From Octopus bimaculoides (taxonomy: Eukaryota), in the NCBI RefSeq assembly GCF_001194135.2, contig NC_068989.1, positions 50,450,901 through 50,514,900 of the forward strand: a DNA stretch of 64,000 nucleotides, written 5' to 3'. Both the position numbers and the translations under genes were made by a program. This document shows, in pieces, positions 23,945 through 38,434 of this stretch. The stretch's first letter is position 1. Each line of letters opens with the position of its first letter. The notes under the pieces were generated by a model that saw nothing but the letters and a program-made list of their open reading frames with translations, did not search any database and was not told where the DNA came from.

Positions 23945-26670
23945 TACCATCATAATTTTTAAATATCTATAAAACTACCAAAAGCTTGTTTATTTTTATG
24001 CCTTTGATTTATTATTTGTGTTGCTTAATATGTTTCGCTGAAATTGCTGTTTCTCTTAAGATATCATCAGAAAAGGGTAATTAAAATACACTAAAATGAC
24101 AGTTCTATCGGACTTTCAAAGAGGTCAAATTGTTCGTGATCGTATGGCAGGGGCTAGCGTAACGAAAACCGTCGAAATGTTTGGTGTATCAAGAAGTATT
24201 GTCTCGAAAGTAATGACAGCCTTTGAGAAAAAAGGGAAAAACCTCCTCGTCGAAATAAAACTCCAGAAGAAATCATTCAGATAGAGACCGTCGTATTCTT
24301 ATGCGAATTGTTAGAAAGGATCACAAAAGTACAGCACCCAAAATTACTGCAGAGCTTAATGACCACCTCAAGAACCCAGTTTCCACAAAAACTGTTCGCC
24401 AGGACCTGTACAAAGCCGGATTTCACAGGAGACAGCCAAAAGAAGCATTTAACACAGACTGCCTACTTCTAACTATTAAAAATAGAGGAGGATCTGTGAT
24501 GATCTGCTGGGCTATATCTTGGAAATCCGCTGGCCCAATGGTTTCACTTCATTGCAGAATTTAATCTTCCTCTTAATCCTTTTTGTCCCTTGTGGAGCAT
24601 AGGGTCTCAACAGTTATTTTCTACTTTTTGCGGTCATTGGCGTGTTTCTTGGCTGCTTCCCATGTCAGGCCGGTGGTCTTGAGCTCGTCCAAAATCCTTC
24701 GCTTCAATGTCTGCTTCGGGCGTCCTCGCTTCCTTTTCCCCTGCCGGTTCCAGTCAAGTGCTTGTCGTATCACATTTGAGGGTTCTTTTCGCAGTGTGTG
24801 TCCGATCCATCTCCATTTCCATGTATGGGCTCCTGGTTAGCCCTTTCCCACAGGTCGGTGTTTGGCACTCTGTAGAACCACTTCAGATGGAGGATCTGCC
24901 GGAGACATTTGTTGATGAAAGTCTGGATCTTCTTGTAGTTGCTGCAGGTGGCTCTCCATGTTTCAGAGTCATACAAACGCACAATTTTACGTTTGAACTA
25001 AATAAGCGGAGTTTAGTTCGAGTTGAGATGGCATTGAACTTCCATACTGGCTAAAGAATAACGAAGACTTGCCAAGCTTTCTTGCTTCTTGCAGTGATGT
25101 CCTCGTCTGATCCACCTGATTTGCTGATCTTGCTTCCAAGATAGACAAACTCACTAACATCTTCCACAGATGCCTTCTCGATTGGGATTGGTTCTTCTTG
25201 CTTGTTGATATGCAGCACTTTTGTTTTTTCCTGGCGGCTGATCCTCAAGCCCACTCGTCGTGAGGTTTCTCTCAGGTGGTCTACCTTATCTTGCATGTCT
25301 TGCAGGCGATGTGAGAGTAGCGCGAGATCATCTGCGTAGGCCAAGTCCTCCAGCTTGTTCATCAGTGTCCACTGAATACCTTTCTTGGACGCCGTCCTGC
25401 TGACCCAGTCCAGCACGATGAGGAACAGGAGCGGTGGCAACAAACACCCCTGTCTGACTCTCGTGCTGACCATGAATTCCTCCAACAATCTCCCAGTATG
25501 GATGACCTGGCAAGAAAACTCCTCGTAGAGTAATCGAATAATGCCCACGATCTTCTCTGGCACACCATAGTGTCGTAAGATGTCCCAGATTGTCTGCCTG
25601 TCTACGCTGTCAAATGCTTTTTCAAAGTCGACGAAGCACACAGAGTGACGTTTGCCATTCCATTGTCTGCTCCACGATGACTCTGAGCGTCGCAATTTGG
25701 TCCGTACATGATCTCTCCTTTCTGAAACCTGCCTGCTCATCACTGAGTTGCTTGTCAATGGTATGATTCAATCGCTCCAGGATGATTCTTATAAGGACTT
25801 TGCTTGGAATGGAAAGCAAGGTAATTCCTCTCCACTTTTCGCATTGTGTTAAATCCCCACTCTTCGGCAGCTTCACCAAAAGACTCTTCTTCCAGTAGGT
25901 TGGGATCTTCTCTGTCGTCCATACCAGGTTCAGCACGTAGTGCATATGATCGATCATCTCCTCTCCTCCTCCCTTCAGTGCCTCTGCTGGTATGCCGTCC
26001 TGTCCTGCCGACTTTCTGTTCTTTAAGCTCTTCACGGCTTTGCGGATTTCTGGCTTGGTGATTTCTCCAATGTGGATATTGAGCGGGATACCTGGCCCCA
26101 ATTGTGGCGAATCTTGAGGTGTAGGGCAGTTAAGTGTTTCTTGGAAGTGTTCCTTCCATCTCGCCAGTTGGCCCTCAATGAAAGTCAGCAACCGTCCGAC
26201 CTTGTCCTAAAGATAAAAGGGCAGAATTTAATAATCAACACTATTTAAGCATTTTGTCTGATCAAATAGATCCTATGTTTGCGGAACTGTTTCCGGAGAG
26301 AAATTCAATCTTTCAGGATGATAATGCACCAATTCACACAGCTCATGTTGTTACTTAATGGCACGAGAAACATTCTAGTGAAGTTAAACATCTTATCTGC
26401 ACACCATAGTCCCCAGATTTTAATATTATCGAACATTTATGGTGCATTTTAGAAAAATAAGTATGCAATCGATATCCTTCACCATCGTCACTACAAGAAC
26501 TGGAGACTGTTTTAGCTGAAAAATGCACAGAAATTCCTTTGGAAACAATTCAAACTTTCTATGAGTCATACCTCTAGCTGTAATTACTGCCAAGGGCGGT
26601 TCTACCCCATATTAAAATAAATTTGTTTGAGATTTTAAGGGGTGTTTCCATTATTTTGTCCAACCCCTGT
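23945..26670 (+). mobile_element. Tc1-like transposon, family B, interrupted by an RTE LINE
   Basis: MTVLSDFQRGQIV..GASVTKT HTH; the ..PMVSLHCRI / NNQHYLSILSDQI..FQDDNAPIHTA..SPDFNIIEHLW reading resumes exactly after the LINE. 3' TIR is ggtgtttccattattttgtccaacccctg followed by TA. Confidence 0.9.
24566..26220 (-). mobile_element. 5'-truncated RTE-clade LINE (reverse transcriptase) with 12-bp TSD
   Basis: RWKEHF..KSAGQDGIPAEALK..WRGITLLSIPSK..EQAGFRKERSCTDQI..FVDFEKAFDSV..RQGCLLPPLLF..YADDLALL..FVYLGS. TSD gcagaatttaat at 24554-24565 and 26221-26232. Confidence 0.95.
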
Positions 26671-26737
26671 ATATATGTATGTATGCATGCATGTGTGTAT
26701 ATATGTATGTACGTATGTATGTATGTATGTATGTATG

Positions 26738-26801
<64 letters not shown>

Positions 26802-26839
26802 TTACATGCATGCATATATATATATACATATATATATAT

Positions 26840-26876
<37 letters not shown>

Positions 26877-26935
26877 NNNNNNNNNNNNNNNNNNNNNNNN
26901 NNNNNNNNNNNNNNNNNNNNNNNNNNNNNNAGAGA

Positions 26936-26973
<38 letters not shown>

Positions 26974-27404
26974 AAGGGAGGAAAAGTGAGACAAAAGACG
27001 AGTGAGATGCATAAACACAAGCATGTTCTTTGTTCTTGAATTAAGATTTTCATTTTCCCTCACACTCTTGAATATAATAATCCTGCAGCTTTTTGAATGT
27101 ATATATGTTTTCGAATCATTAAGATATGCTGACGGATATCTTGCATATGCTATTACTATACATTTCTATTTGAAGCTGGTGAGCTGACACACAGGTGTGA
27201 GTTTAGGTTATATCTTTTTTATTTAGTTTGCTTCTTATAGTTGTTGCCACTAAACTTTTCCAGGAAACGGAAATAAATTTCCCAAAATATAAAAATATCG
27301 AATACATTGGAATCAGCACACAGTTTCAGAGAAAAATTCGTGCGAAACAAAATTTAGCCCTTTTCTTTCACTCCCTGAATTTAAAAATTTGTTTTATCTT
27401 ATAT

Positions 27405-27660
27405 CTTTTACTTGTTTCAGCCATTCGATTGCAGCCGTGATAGGCCACTGCTCTGAAGAAATTTTGTGGAATGAGTCTACTTCAGAACTTATGTTGTATT
27501 TTTAAGTTTGGTACTTATTCTATCGGTTTCTTTGACCGAATCGCTTAGTCACGTGAATGTAAACATACCAATACCCGTCGTCAAGCAACGGTGGGGAACA
27601 AACAAAGGCACAAAGGCGCATTCACAAATACATATACGCACACAGACACATGTATATGTA
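27405..27660 (-). mobile_element. SINE family A, 3' half
   Basis: tacttgtttcagccattcga..tacttattctatcgg..gtaaacatacca..gtcaagcaacggtgggga is the reverse complement of the family A tail. Confidence 0.75.
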
Positions 27661-27711
27661 TGCATATGTATGTATTATGTATGTATGTATGTATGTATGT
27701 ATGTATATAGT

Positions 27712-28595
27712 AAATAGACACCTTTACATTTCAAAATCATTTATTTAATACGGAAAGCGAACAAATGTATTTAATCGATAGGTAGGACTACATACTTTAG
27801 TATTTAGTTGACATTTACTTTGCAGCTTTTAATTCAGAAACTCTTTATGGCATTGGACTGTTGAGCTTTGTGATTGTCTCTTGTTGAATTTCTGCGCACT
27901 TTACACGCGACAATCGAAACAATTGATCTTTTGATTTAGGTTTCTGTCGTGTTTTTAGTGTCTAGTATGTTCCAAAGATTTTCAATTGGGTTCATGTCAG
28001 GAGATTGACTCCACCAAGGAAGCTTTTTGATCTCATTTTCAGTCAGCCATTGTTGATTCCTTTTCACTGAGTGGCATTCTTCCATGTATAAAAACTCATT
28101 TTTCGTTATGTTGTCGTGTGAATACATCGGAAGTAATCCTTGCTTAAGTATTTCGATGTATTTTTCAGAGTTTATGGTTCCAGCACATTCGATCAGCTCA
28201 GAACGACTATTGCTGGTGACAGATCCCCATACCATTACAGAGATATCACCATGTTTCACAGTTAGTTGGAGTCGTTTCAAATCAAATTCTTGATTGGGAA
28301 GCCTCGAGAGCCAAACACGTCCACTGTCTGAAAATGATGCAAATCTGCATTCATCTGAGAAAATCACTCAATCCAAAAATGAACTGGATTTTTCTGCATC
28401 TCCTTTGCCGATTTCTTTCTTTTCGTGATATTAATTGGTTGAAGGAGAGGTTTTCTTCTAGCTGCTCGTCGATAATACCTATGTTTATGCAGATATGTAA
28501 CACACGTTCTTGGACTAACTTCTAACTGTTTTGCAATGTCAGAAGCCTTCAAACGGGGTTCATTTTCCACAATTCTCTTCAAACAGTGAAGCTTC
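27712..28595 (-). mobile_element. Tc1-like transposon, family A
   Basis: KASDIAKQL..RAARRKPLL, IFSDECRF..TVKHGDISVMVWG..INSEKYIEIL..WSQSPDMNPIENLW. Confidence 0.9.
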
Positions 28596-29638
28596 NNNNN
28601 NNNNNNNNNNNNNNNNNNNNNNNNNNNNNNNNNNNNNNNNNNNNNNNNNNNNNNNNNNNNNNNNNNNNNNNNNNNNNNNNNNNNNNNNNNNNNNNNNNNN
28701 NNNNNNNNNNNNNNNNNNNNNNNNNNNNNNNNNNNNNNNNNNNNNNNNNNNNNNNNNNNNNNNNNNNNNNNNNNNNNNNNNNNNNNNNNNNNNNNNNNNN
28801 NNNNNNNNNNNNNNNNNNNNNNNNNNNNNNNNNNNNNNNNNNNNNNNNNNNNNNNNNNNNNNNNNNNNNNNNNNNNNNNNNNNNNNNNNNNNNNNNNNNN
28901 NNNNNNNNNNNNNNNNNNNNNNNNNNNNNNNNNNNNNNNNNNNNNNNNNNNNNNNNNNNNNNNNNNNNNNNNNNNNNNNNNNNNNNNNNNNNNNNNNNNN
29001 NNNNNNNNNNNNNNNNNNNNNNNNNNNNNNNNNNNNNNNNNNNNNNNNNNNNNNNNNNNNNNNNNNNNNNNNNNNNNNNNNNNNNNNNNNNNNNNNNNNN
29101 NNNNNNNNNNNNNNNNNNNNNNNNNNNNNNNNNNNNNNNNNNNNNNNNNNNNNNNNNNNNNNNNNNNNNNNNNNNNNNNNNNNNNNNNNNNNNNNNNNNN
29201 NNNNNNNNNNNNNNNNNNNNNNNNNNNNNNNNNNNNNNNNNNNNNNNNNNNNNNNNNNNNNNNNNNNNNNNNNNNNNNNNNNNNNNNNNNNNNNNNNNNN
29301 NNNNNNNNNNNNNNNNNNNNNNNNNNNNNNNNNNNNNNNNNNNNNNNNNNNNNNNNNNNNNNNNNNNNNNNNNNNNNAAAGAGCCTCAGATTTTCATTTC
29401 TTCAAAACTCTTTTGTTTCCGTTTTCTTTCAAGAACACTTTCGTTTTACCAGCTTTCGCATTAAACTCATATTTATTCGTTTTCTTTCAATCTTCAAAAC
29501 TTTTTTGTTTTTTGTTTTCTTTCAAAAACACTTTCTTTCTACAAGCGTTCTTCTTTCACACATTAATTTCATTTCGTAAAATCAGCTACAAAAAAAGGGG
29601 GTTCAGATTTTCTTATCTATCTAATTTATTTATCTAAT

Positions 29639-29669
<31 letters not shown>

Positions 29670-29899
29670 CTAACTAACTAAGCGTTCTTATTTGTTTTAA
29701 CACATATTTCTTTCATTTATTCTGACGTGAATACGATATATTTCTTTCTGCGTTTTCATTTGTTTGAAGTTGTTACACTTCTATTTCTCTCTGCCTACAA
29801 CGATCATTTTCATTCCGTAAAGAATATTTATTTATGTAACCTATTCTTATATCATGCATCGACAAGGAAGAAAGAAAACATCCGGCTGGCTTATTGATA

Positions 29900-32800
29900 G
29901 TGCGAAGACAGCGCGGCTAAGCAGGTGACATAATGAATCGGACGCTCATAGAGCTGAGCGTCTGACAGAACAGAGGAAAGAAAAACAGAAGCAGGAGAGA
30001 CCAGGCATCCAACACAGTATAAATCGGACATTCAGAGAGCGAGCGTCTGGCGGAACAGAGCGTAAGAAACACAAACGGAAGAGAGTATGAATCGGACGCT
30101 GGGAGAGCTGAGCGTCTGGCTAAACAGAGGGACATATACAGAAGCAGGAGATATCATAATTCGGACGTTCAGAGGCCTGAACGTCTTTCCCAACAAACCA
30201 TTACGAATACAGCAAGGACAGTGCAACGATGTGACATATCTGCCTATGCTGGACGGATGAATAAGATATGTGTCTACTGTCATGCAATGGTTTTTCATGG
30301 TGAAACGGCTAACTTTTGCTGTATGAATGGAAAAGTCAGGCTGGAGAATCTGCAGGCTTTACCTCAGGAACTTCACAATTTATTTAGTACTGATCAACCT
30401 ACGGCAAATGAGTTCAGGAAGAACCTCAGGCAATACAGCTGTCTGTTCCAAATGACATCTTTTAGGGCTTAAGAAGTTCGTTTTTCAAGGAGTGGATGGA
30501 ATCTTTCCATCGTTATTCAGGGTCAAATTCATCATTACATCGGTTCCTTAACACCTAATCACAACGAACAACTTCAATTTCTTCAAATTTACTTCTTGGA
30601 TCCTCAGGATAGTATCGATTTGAGGATGAGGATACTCCTTAACGATGACGTTAAGTGCGACATAGTTGAATTATTGGAGATTATACTCAGCCACTGCGTC
30701 ATTTAGAATGGCAAAAGAACGAATAAATATTCTCGAAGCTACGAGTATTATTGATCCCGATTGGAGACCAGCAATACAACATGAGAGAAGATTCAATGCA
30801 CAAACTGCAAACGAAGTTGCCGTTATTATACAAAACAGCACCAGAATTAAAGCAACACCACGGCACGTTGTGTTGAAAGAAAAAGGCGGACAACTGCAAA
30901 TAATCTCAGAATCCCATCTGTCTTACGACAGTTTTCAGTATGTTCTATGTTTTAGTTTTTGTGATGACTGATGGCATAATGAGCTGCTAATGAGCAACAA
31001 CAAGAAGTTGACGCCAATGCGCTACTATGACTATCGAATAATAAACTATAAGAATGAATGTAATCAATTTTTCAGAGGCGGTGGTTTATTTCAGCAATAT
31101 TCGGTTGACATAGCTGCGAAGATTGAAGGACATAGGCTGCGTTACATCCGATTGAATCAAACATCATTGCGGTCTACAACATACAAGGGCCTTACTGACC
31201 TATTGAATGATGACGATGTTTGTAGCATCGGCACGCGAATCATACTGTTTTCCACATTTGTCGGTGGAACAAGGTATATAATGGAGCGATTCCAGGATGC
31301 AATGATGTACATACGGAAATGCGGCAATGCTTTATTCTTCATCACAATGGCATGCGATCCAAACTGGCCTGAAAGCCGGCAAAACCTGTTCCTAAATCAG
31401 AAGCCGCATGATAGGCCAGATTTAATTGCCAGAGTATTTGACCTGAAACGGAAATTGTACATAAAATATATTCCTGGAGTAGATGGCTTATTGGGCAAGT
31501 GCATTGCTTACGTGATCACCGTCGAATATCAAAATCGAGGACATCTCTATGTACAGTGTTTGCTATGGTTCAATGAAACCTCCAAGCCCAGACCAGAAGA
31601 ATACGATAAATTCATTCAAGTCGAAATATCAGATCCAAACAAACATCCAGAGAGTTATCAATTGGTGTTGAAGCACATGATCCACAGTCCCAATTGCTCT
31701 AACAATTCGCCGTGTTAGAAACCTGGAACATGCAGCAAGCGGTACCCTAAGCCTTTCAATGAATATACATTGCGGAGAGGACTCTTATCCAGTGTACAGA
31801 AGACAGTCTCCAAGAATGGGAGGATTTGCAGGGCACAAACAAGGAAGGGAAAACCGAAATATAAAATAAGAGTGGGTGGTTCCCTACAATATGAAACTAT
31901 TTAAACTGTTCATCTAAATGTAAAGATATTCACTTTCATGGAATTGATCAAATATGTTATCAAATATACCATGAAGGGCAGTGATCAGGCAATGTTTGGA
32001 GTGAACAGGGAAGACGAGATGACACAGTATTTAACAGGAAGATAAACCGGTCCTTCAGAAGCTGTGACCTCAGTACTCGTATTTCCAGTTCATTAGAGAG
32101 AACCATCTGTAGTTCGCCTTCAAGTTCATCTATCCGAGGAAAATCAAATCTTCTTTCATGACAATGCAGCTGTTGCAGTAAACAATAACACACGTAGGAC
32201 AACTCTCATTGAATTCAAGGATCTTTGTGCTCGCAATCCATTTGCAAAAACTTTGTATTATGCCGATGTGCCAAGGTTTTACACATGCAGTAACAAGACA
32301 TGGGAAAGGAGAGAGGTGAGGAAAAGAGCTGACCAATATTCAGGGAATGTTGGGGTAAAAACCTTTGGACGAATATATACTGTTTCTCCACGAAGTGGTG
32401 AACTGATTTACTTAACACTCATTCTGCATCACGTCAACGGGAAAGTATCGTTCAACTCTTTGAGAATGTGTGCCGGAAAACTATTGCCATAATCCAAAGA
32501 CGTCTGCAAAGAGAAAGATTTACTTCAATCAGATGATCATTGGCAGCAGACTCTGGAAGATGTTCAGCGAATACGGCTTCCGAAAGCCATGAGAGATCTA
32601 TTCATTGTGCTCCTCACAAATACAGAAATTAACAATTCCAGTGTTTTATGGGCTCAATTTAGTAATTCACTGGCGATTACCTTCAAATAGTAAAATGGGT
32701 TACAAGAAACATAAACGTTTTGATTAGCGAGAGACATAATGATCAATGTCTTCTGTATTGTCATGACAAACTCAATGAGTTGGGCAAAGGCCTTACTGAC

Positions 32801-34427
32801 TTTAACTTGCCAATGCAAAATACTATTGTCATTAATCAGGGTATTGGCAATTTGGAATTACTGAATGAGTAGCAATACAGCAGAGAACAGCAGCAACGAT
32901 TTGTAGAAGAGAGAGAGCCTTTATTGAATAGTGAGCAACAATATGTGTACAACTTTATTTGTAACAGTTTACAGAGGAACACATCTGGGTTGATTTTCAT
33001 TGACGCTCCAGCTGGAACAGTAAAGGCATTCCTAATTAACCTAATCCTAAGTCAGGAGAAACCGCGACGTGGCTATGGTGTAGCGTTATCTGACATTGCC
33101 GCAACACTGATGTCTGGTGTAAGACCGGCGCATTCTAGGTTCAAAATACCAGTAGAAGTGAAAGAAGATGGTCTGCGCAACATTGATAAAAACTAAAATA
33201 CGATAAACGTCTTCCAGCATGCAAGGCTGATTGATTGGGATGAGTATCCTATGATACGGAAGGAAAGCTTCGAAGCGGTTGACCTTACTTTACGTCATAT
33301 ATGCGACAGCAATGAGCCATTCGGTGGAATTTTGACAATTTGCTGTGGCGATTTCTGTAAGCTTCTCCTGATAGTGAAAAAGTGAAAAGGGGAGGCGTCT
33401 GTATTACAAAATCATTCTTATGGCGAAGCTTCGATAAATTTCAGTTGAACACAAACATGTGATTGAGTGAGGGAGCAGAGGTCTACTCACAGTTCCTGTT
33501 GGATATTGGACAAGATAAAATAAAAAATAAAAATGAAAATGAAATTGTTTTGCGAAAAGAAGTGGTTCTCCAAGCAACAACTATGCAAGAATGCATTGAC
33601 TTCATCTACTCCCCATTCGACAATCCAGGTGAAGTGTTTTCGAAAATTGCATCTTAGTACCTCTCAATCGAATGATGAGAAGCATCAATTCTACCTGTAT
33701 CAGACGCTTCCCTCGAATCATAAAAAAGAGTATCGATCCTATAATTCTGTGAATGATGGTTCCAATGCTACTGATTTCCCGACTGAATTCCTTGATTCGG
33801 TTGACGTAGCAGGACTGCCACCACATAAGATGTAATTGAAAAAAAGGATCGCCGATAATTCTAATATGAAACATGAATCCTTCAAGACTTTTGTAATGGA
33901 ACGCCTATGATCATGGAACAACTGTACGACAATCACAAAGGAGCAAGAATCAACACTGCTGCTTTCAGAAACGAAATCGTTATGAAATCAAGAATAACAA
34001 TTGATCTATCCGAAGGCGGGGATATCTCTTTGCAGGGAAGCCAATTTTCGGGTTCAATCATGCTTCGCTATGACAATTCATAAACGTAAGAACAAACTAT
34101 GGACAAAGTCTTGGTTTATCTGGAACAACCTGCATTTCAACACGGCCAACTGTATGTGGCCCTTAGCCGCGGAAAATGAAAGGAAAATGTCAGTGTTTCT
34201 GAAGGATACCCAATCAACTAAGAATGATGTAATCAAAAGCATTCTTGCGAACAAACTTTAACAGCATCAAAATGTGAAAATATTACTTCCGACGGCAGAA
34301 CGTGAAAGGAAAGAAAAAAACTAAGACAAGTATGAAAAATTTCCTTTATTTCAATGCAATGTCAAATTCAGCTTCAATGTTTTATAACCTGAATAGTTAG
34401 TGATTTAACGAATCATGGCTGGTCTAG
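29900..34427 (+). mobile_element. Near-full-length decayed Helitron (Rep/HUH + PIF1-like helicase)
   Basis: N-terminal ES..RAERL repeats; CVYCHA..FCCMNGKV; GGGLFQQY; FFITMACDPNWPE; DRPDLIARVF; EYQNRG; helicase FIDAPAGT, AATL..AHSRFKIP, DE..M..FEAVD, GDF, GLPPHK, FAMTIHK, GQLYVA. Ends CTAG|T at 34424-34428. The 5' end is not resolved. Confidence 0.92.
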
Positions 34428-34931
34428 TATATATATATATATATATATATATNNNNNNNNNNNNNNNNNNNNNNNNNNNNNNNNNNNNNNNNNNNNNNNN
34501 NNNNNNNNNNNNNNNNNNNNNNNNNNNNNNNNNNNNNNNNNNNNNNNNNNNNNNNNNNNNNNNNNNNNNNNNNNNNNNNNNNNNNNNNNNNNNNNNNNNN
34601 NNNNNNNNNNNNNNNNNNNNNNNNNNNNNNNNNNNNNNNNNNNNNNNNNNNNNNNNNNNNNNNNNNNNNNNNNNNNNNNNNNNNNNNNNNNNNNNNNNNN
34701 NNNNNNNNNNNNNNNNNNNNNNNNNNNNNNNNNNNNNNNNNNNNNNNNNNNNNNNNNNNNNNNNNNNNNNNNNNNNNNNNNNNNNNNNNNNNNNNNNNNN
34801 NNNNNNNNNNNNNNNNNNNNNNNNNNNNNNNNNNNNNNNNNNNNNNNNNNNNNNNNNNNNNNNNNNNNNNNNNNNNNNNNNNNNNNNNNNNNNNNNNNNN
34901 NATATATATATATATATATATATACACGGTT

Positions 34932-35085
34932 GGCTTCTTTCAATTTCCGTCTACCAGATCCACTTACAGGGCTTTGCTTGGCCCGAGGCTATAGTAGAAG
35001 ACAGTCCACCAAAGTACCTCAAAGTGGGATTGAACCGGCACTATGTGGATGGGAAGGAGTCTTCTTTACAACACATCCACGCCTA
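34932..35085 (-). mobile_element. SINE family A, 5' half
   Basis: ggcttctttcaatttccgtctacc...ggcccgaggctatagtagaagac...gggattgaacc. Confidence 0.8.
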
Positions 35086-35822
35086 TATATGCAGGGTTGG
35101 GAAAAAGTCACTCGACAGTAAATCAAAATTCCATAAATAGTCTCTGTAATTCTGTATTGACTCGAACGGAAAAGTGTGTCGCTCAAGAAGAACTTCAGGT
35201 TGAACAATTTTCATGATGTTTCATATTTAGATGTTTTTATTATAAATTCATGCAGTTGTTAAACATAACTAAATCTTCGAATTAAATGGTTTTGATTTAC
35301 TGACAGGCGACTTTTGACGAACAATATATATATATTGGTGCTTATTGGTGTCATCTGATCTGAGCTGAATGTTAAATTTTAATGAATAGACGAAAATGCA
35401 ATTATATATTTTGACTGTGCAATTAATTGAACAAGAAAACAATTGAATATAAACTTCGAATACATGCTAGTACAGAATGTAGCGGTTGAAGTAGAGTATA
35501 ATAATAAATAATTAGATTCGAAATGCCGGGTGTAGCTAGGTTCTATTATTGAAGAAAACTTTCTTTTCATTTCTAGCTTGCTTGGCAAAAGGTGGTGTCT
35601 GTCCTCTGTGGTTCTTTCAAATCTGCTGCCGAACTACTTGCAAAAAAAAAGATGCATGAAACTTGAGGACATTTGAGATGATGTCCATGATATGGCTGCA
35701 AGCTGAATGGTTGATAATTACAGCTCACGTGTAATGTGCGTACTAAAATTCTATCATCAACTTGATAACTAAAATGTGTCAGGTTCGATTCTAACTCTAG
35801 ATGCACGTTCATAATCTCCACT

Positions 35823-35862
<40 letters not shown>

Positions 35863-35873
35863 CATTACACTTA

Positions 35874-36263
35874 GTTGGCACTCCGTCGGTTAAGACAACG
35901 AGGGTTCCAGTTGATCCGGTCAACAGAACAGCCTGCTCGTGAAATTAACGTGCAAGTGGTTGAGCACTCCGCAGACACGTGTACCCTTAACGTATTTCTC
36001 GGGGAGATTCAGCGTGACACAGAGTGTGACAAGGCTGGTCCCTTTGAAATACAGGTGCAACAGAAACAGGAAGAAAGAGTGAGAGAAAGTTATGGTGAAA
36101 GAGTACAGCAGAGTTCGCCACCATCCTCTACCAGAGACTTGTGGAACTTTAGGTGTTTTCGATCAATAAACACTCACAACGCCCCGTCTGGGAATCGAAA
36201 CCGCGATCCTACGACCGCGAGTCCGCTGCTCTAACCATTGGGCCATTGCGTCTCCCCTCCCAT
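35874..36263 (-). mobile_element. tRNA-derived SINE family C, full length with 16-bp TSD
   Basis: Minus-strand head has A box TGGCCCAATGG and B box GTTTCGATTCC. TSD tacaccattacactta at 35858-35873 and 36264-36279. Confidence 0.9.
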
Positions 36264-37600
36264 TACACCATTACACTTAAGCATTGGATAAATACAAACT
36301 GTCTAAAATTTGGGGAACACAAGTTTGTTTAATAATTAGGTAAATAATCCGCTCTGGATTCTATTCATAATTAGTTGGTCAGGCAAACATGAAAGCCTAA
36401 AACCACATAATACATTCGTCATCGGAGATACAAAAGAAATGTAAATGCTGTTGGTATTTATACACACTGTAGTATTGAACGTAGTAAATCAAGGCAACTG
36501 CAGAAATATAAAAACGACAAAAACTGTTAAATGATTACATAAATTAACTTAGTGAGAATGTTAGAATCGTGTAAATCAACAGTAAAATTGAAATTTAACT
36601 CAGATATAGATATAATCTGATATAATAGTTACGTAGATAAATATTTTCTCAATATGTCGTTCTATAAGTGGTAACGAATCAATAAATTTAAAAAGAATAA
36701 AAACAGACTAAGTGTGGCTTCACACACACACACACACACACACCAATCACACACATACACGCACAGATTAATATATATAATTTAGTATTATCTGAGTAAA
36801 AACCATATATAGTGCTTTCCAAAGCTTCTCTCCGCGTATCAGCTACCATATGCCATCACACAGCAGGAATTCTCCTTTTACCGGATATACATGTGGAATT
36901 TCGTTAATATCCGTGGAATTTATATAAAAAAAGTTCAAATACAAGATGCGGTGTACAGGCATTAATCCAAATCATTGTAATTGTTTCTGCTGGTAATTAC
37001 TGAATGTTTCACGTATCGAACACACTGTTGCATTAATATGATCCAAAGATAACTCCGTACCTGCACGTCTTCGGGTGCGTGACTTCGATAGTACTGCTAA
37101 ATCACCTGTAGTTTTCCATTGTTTTATACTCATATTCTATTTTTAGCATACCATTGACAACGAGCAACATGGACATACAGAGATACAAATGATAGAAAGA
37201 TAACGAAAATAAAAATAAAAAGAATAACATATAAATCAAACAGATCAAAATGAATTAATGGAAATAAAGATTCAAAAATATAAAACGTACAATAAACTTC
37301 AGACACAGAAATGTCCCTACTTTCATGAAGATTAAGATTAAGATTATAATCTCGCAAGTATATAGAGCGGAATAATTCCTTATATCTTGTGTTTATAAGC
37401 GTTTTACTTGCAACGAAATCATTTGCGCAAAGTAAATGTGTTACCACAGGGGGATACCAATATGTCTCCCAGTACACTGAGAGTTATCTAATTATAAGCT
37501 CAATTTCTGTTGCCTTTAAGTCTCATCACAGTTGCTATACCAGTCACTATGAGATGCCCGCAATTTTATACATACATATTCATTTACATGATGTATACAT

Positions 37601-37653
<53 letters not shown>

Positions 37654-37743
37654 NNNNNNNNNNNNNNNNNNNNNNNNNNNNNNNNNNNNNNNNNNNNNNN
37701 NNNNNNNNNNNNNNNNNNNNNNNNNNNNNNNNNNNNNNNNNNN

Positions 37744-37796
<53 letters not shown>

Positions 37797-38434
37797 TGTT
37801 TATAGATATATAAGATATATACACGTACACATTCGTACCCATGACCTACGTACACTCACACATACACTTTATACATCCTATTGACGATTTCGATAGCTTC
37901 AGAGCAACACACCAAGAGGATTTACTTGTGCGCATACTTATACGGACATACACAGTCTCTTACTTTGCCCTAACCTACATACATTTGTATATACATATGA
38001 TCAATTTAAGCATATCCACATTTTTGATCTTATGAAAGTGAATCTCTACATGTAAATCCACCAGTCATTTTCCAGTTATGCTCTTGGGTAAATTTTCTTT
38101 ATCTATATCTATTCATCCAAAGTTTAGAGTATACACGCAAAAGAACAATACAGGTACAGTGTAACTCGTATTGGATTTGTTCATTTAGACAGACACATTT
38201 CTATACACGGTGATATCTCAATTTACATATAATATAATCCTACTCTGGAGATACATGTGATATTCATTATATAACTACGTTCTATAGTTACGTTTATTTC
38301 ATTAAGTCTTGGCAAACGAATCTATTCCTTGGTTACTTTTCTTAAAAAAATGTATACACACGCACTTACCATTTCTCATGGGATTATACAATTTAGGTAA
38401 AAAACAAAACAAAATGATATAAGCATACTATTAA

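Noticed and set aside
36180-36255. tRNA-like sequence with A and B boxes
   Set aside because: It is the head of a SINE bounded by a TSD and lacks a clean acceptor stem, so it is not called a tRNA gene.
36950-37150. Short minus-strand ORF MSIKQWKTTGDLAVLSKSRTRRRAG..
   Set aside because: About 53 aa, with a weak acceptor and no homology recognised.
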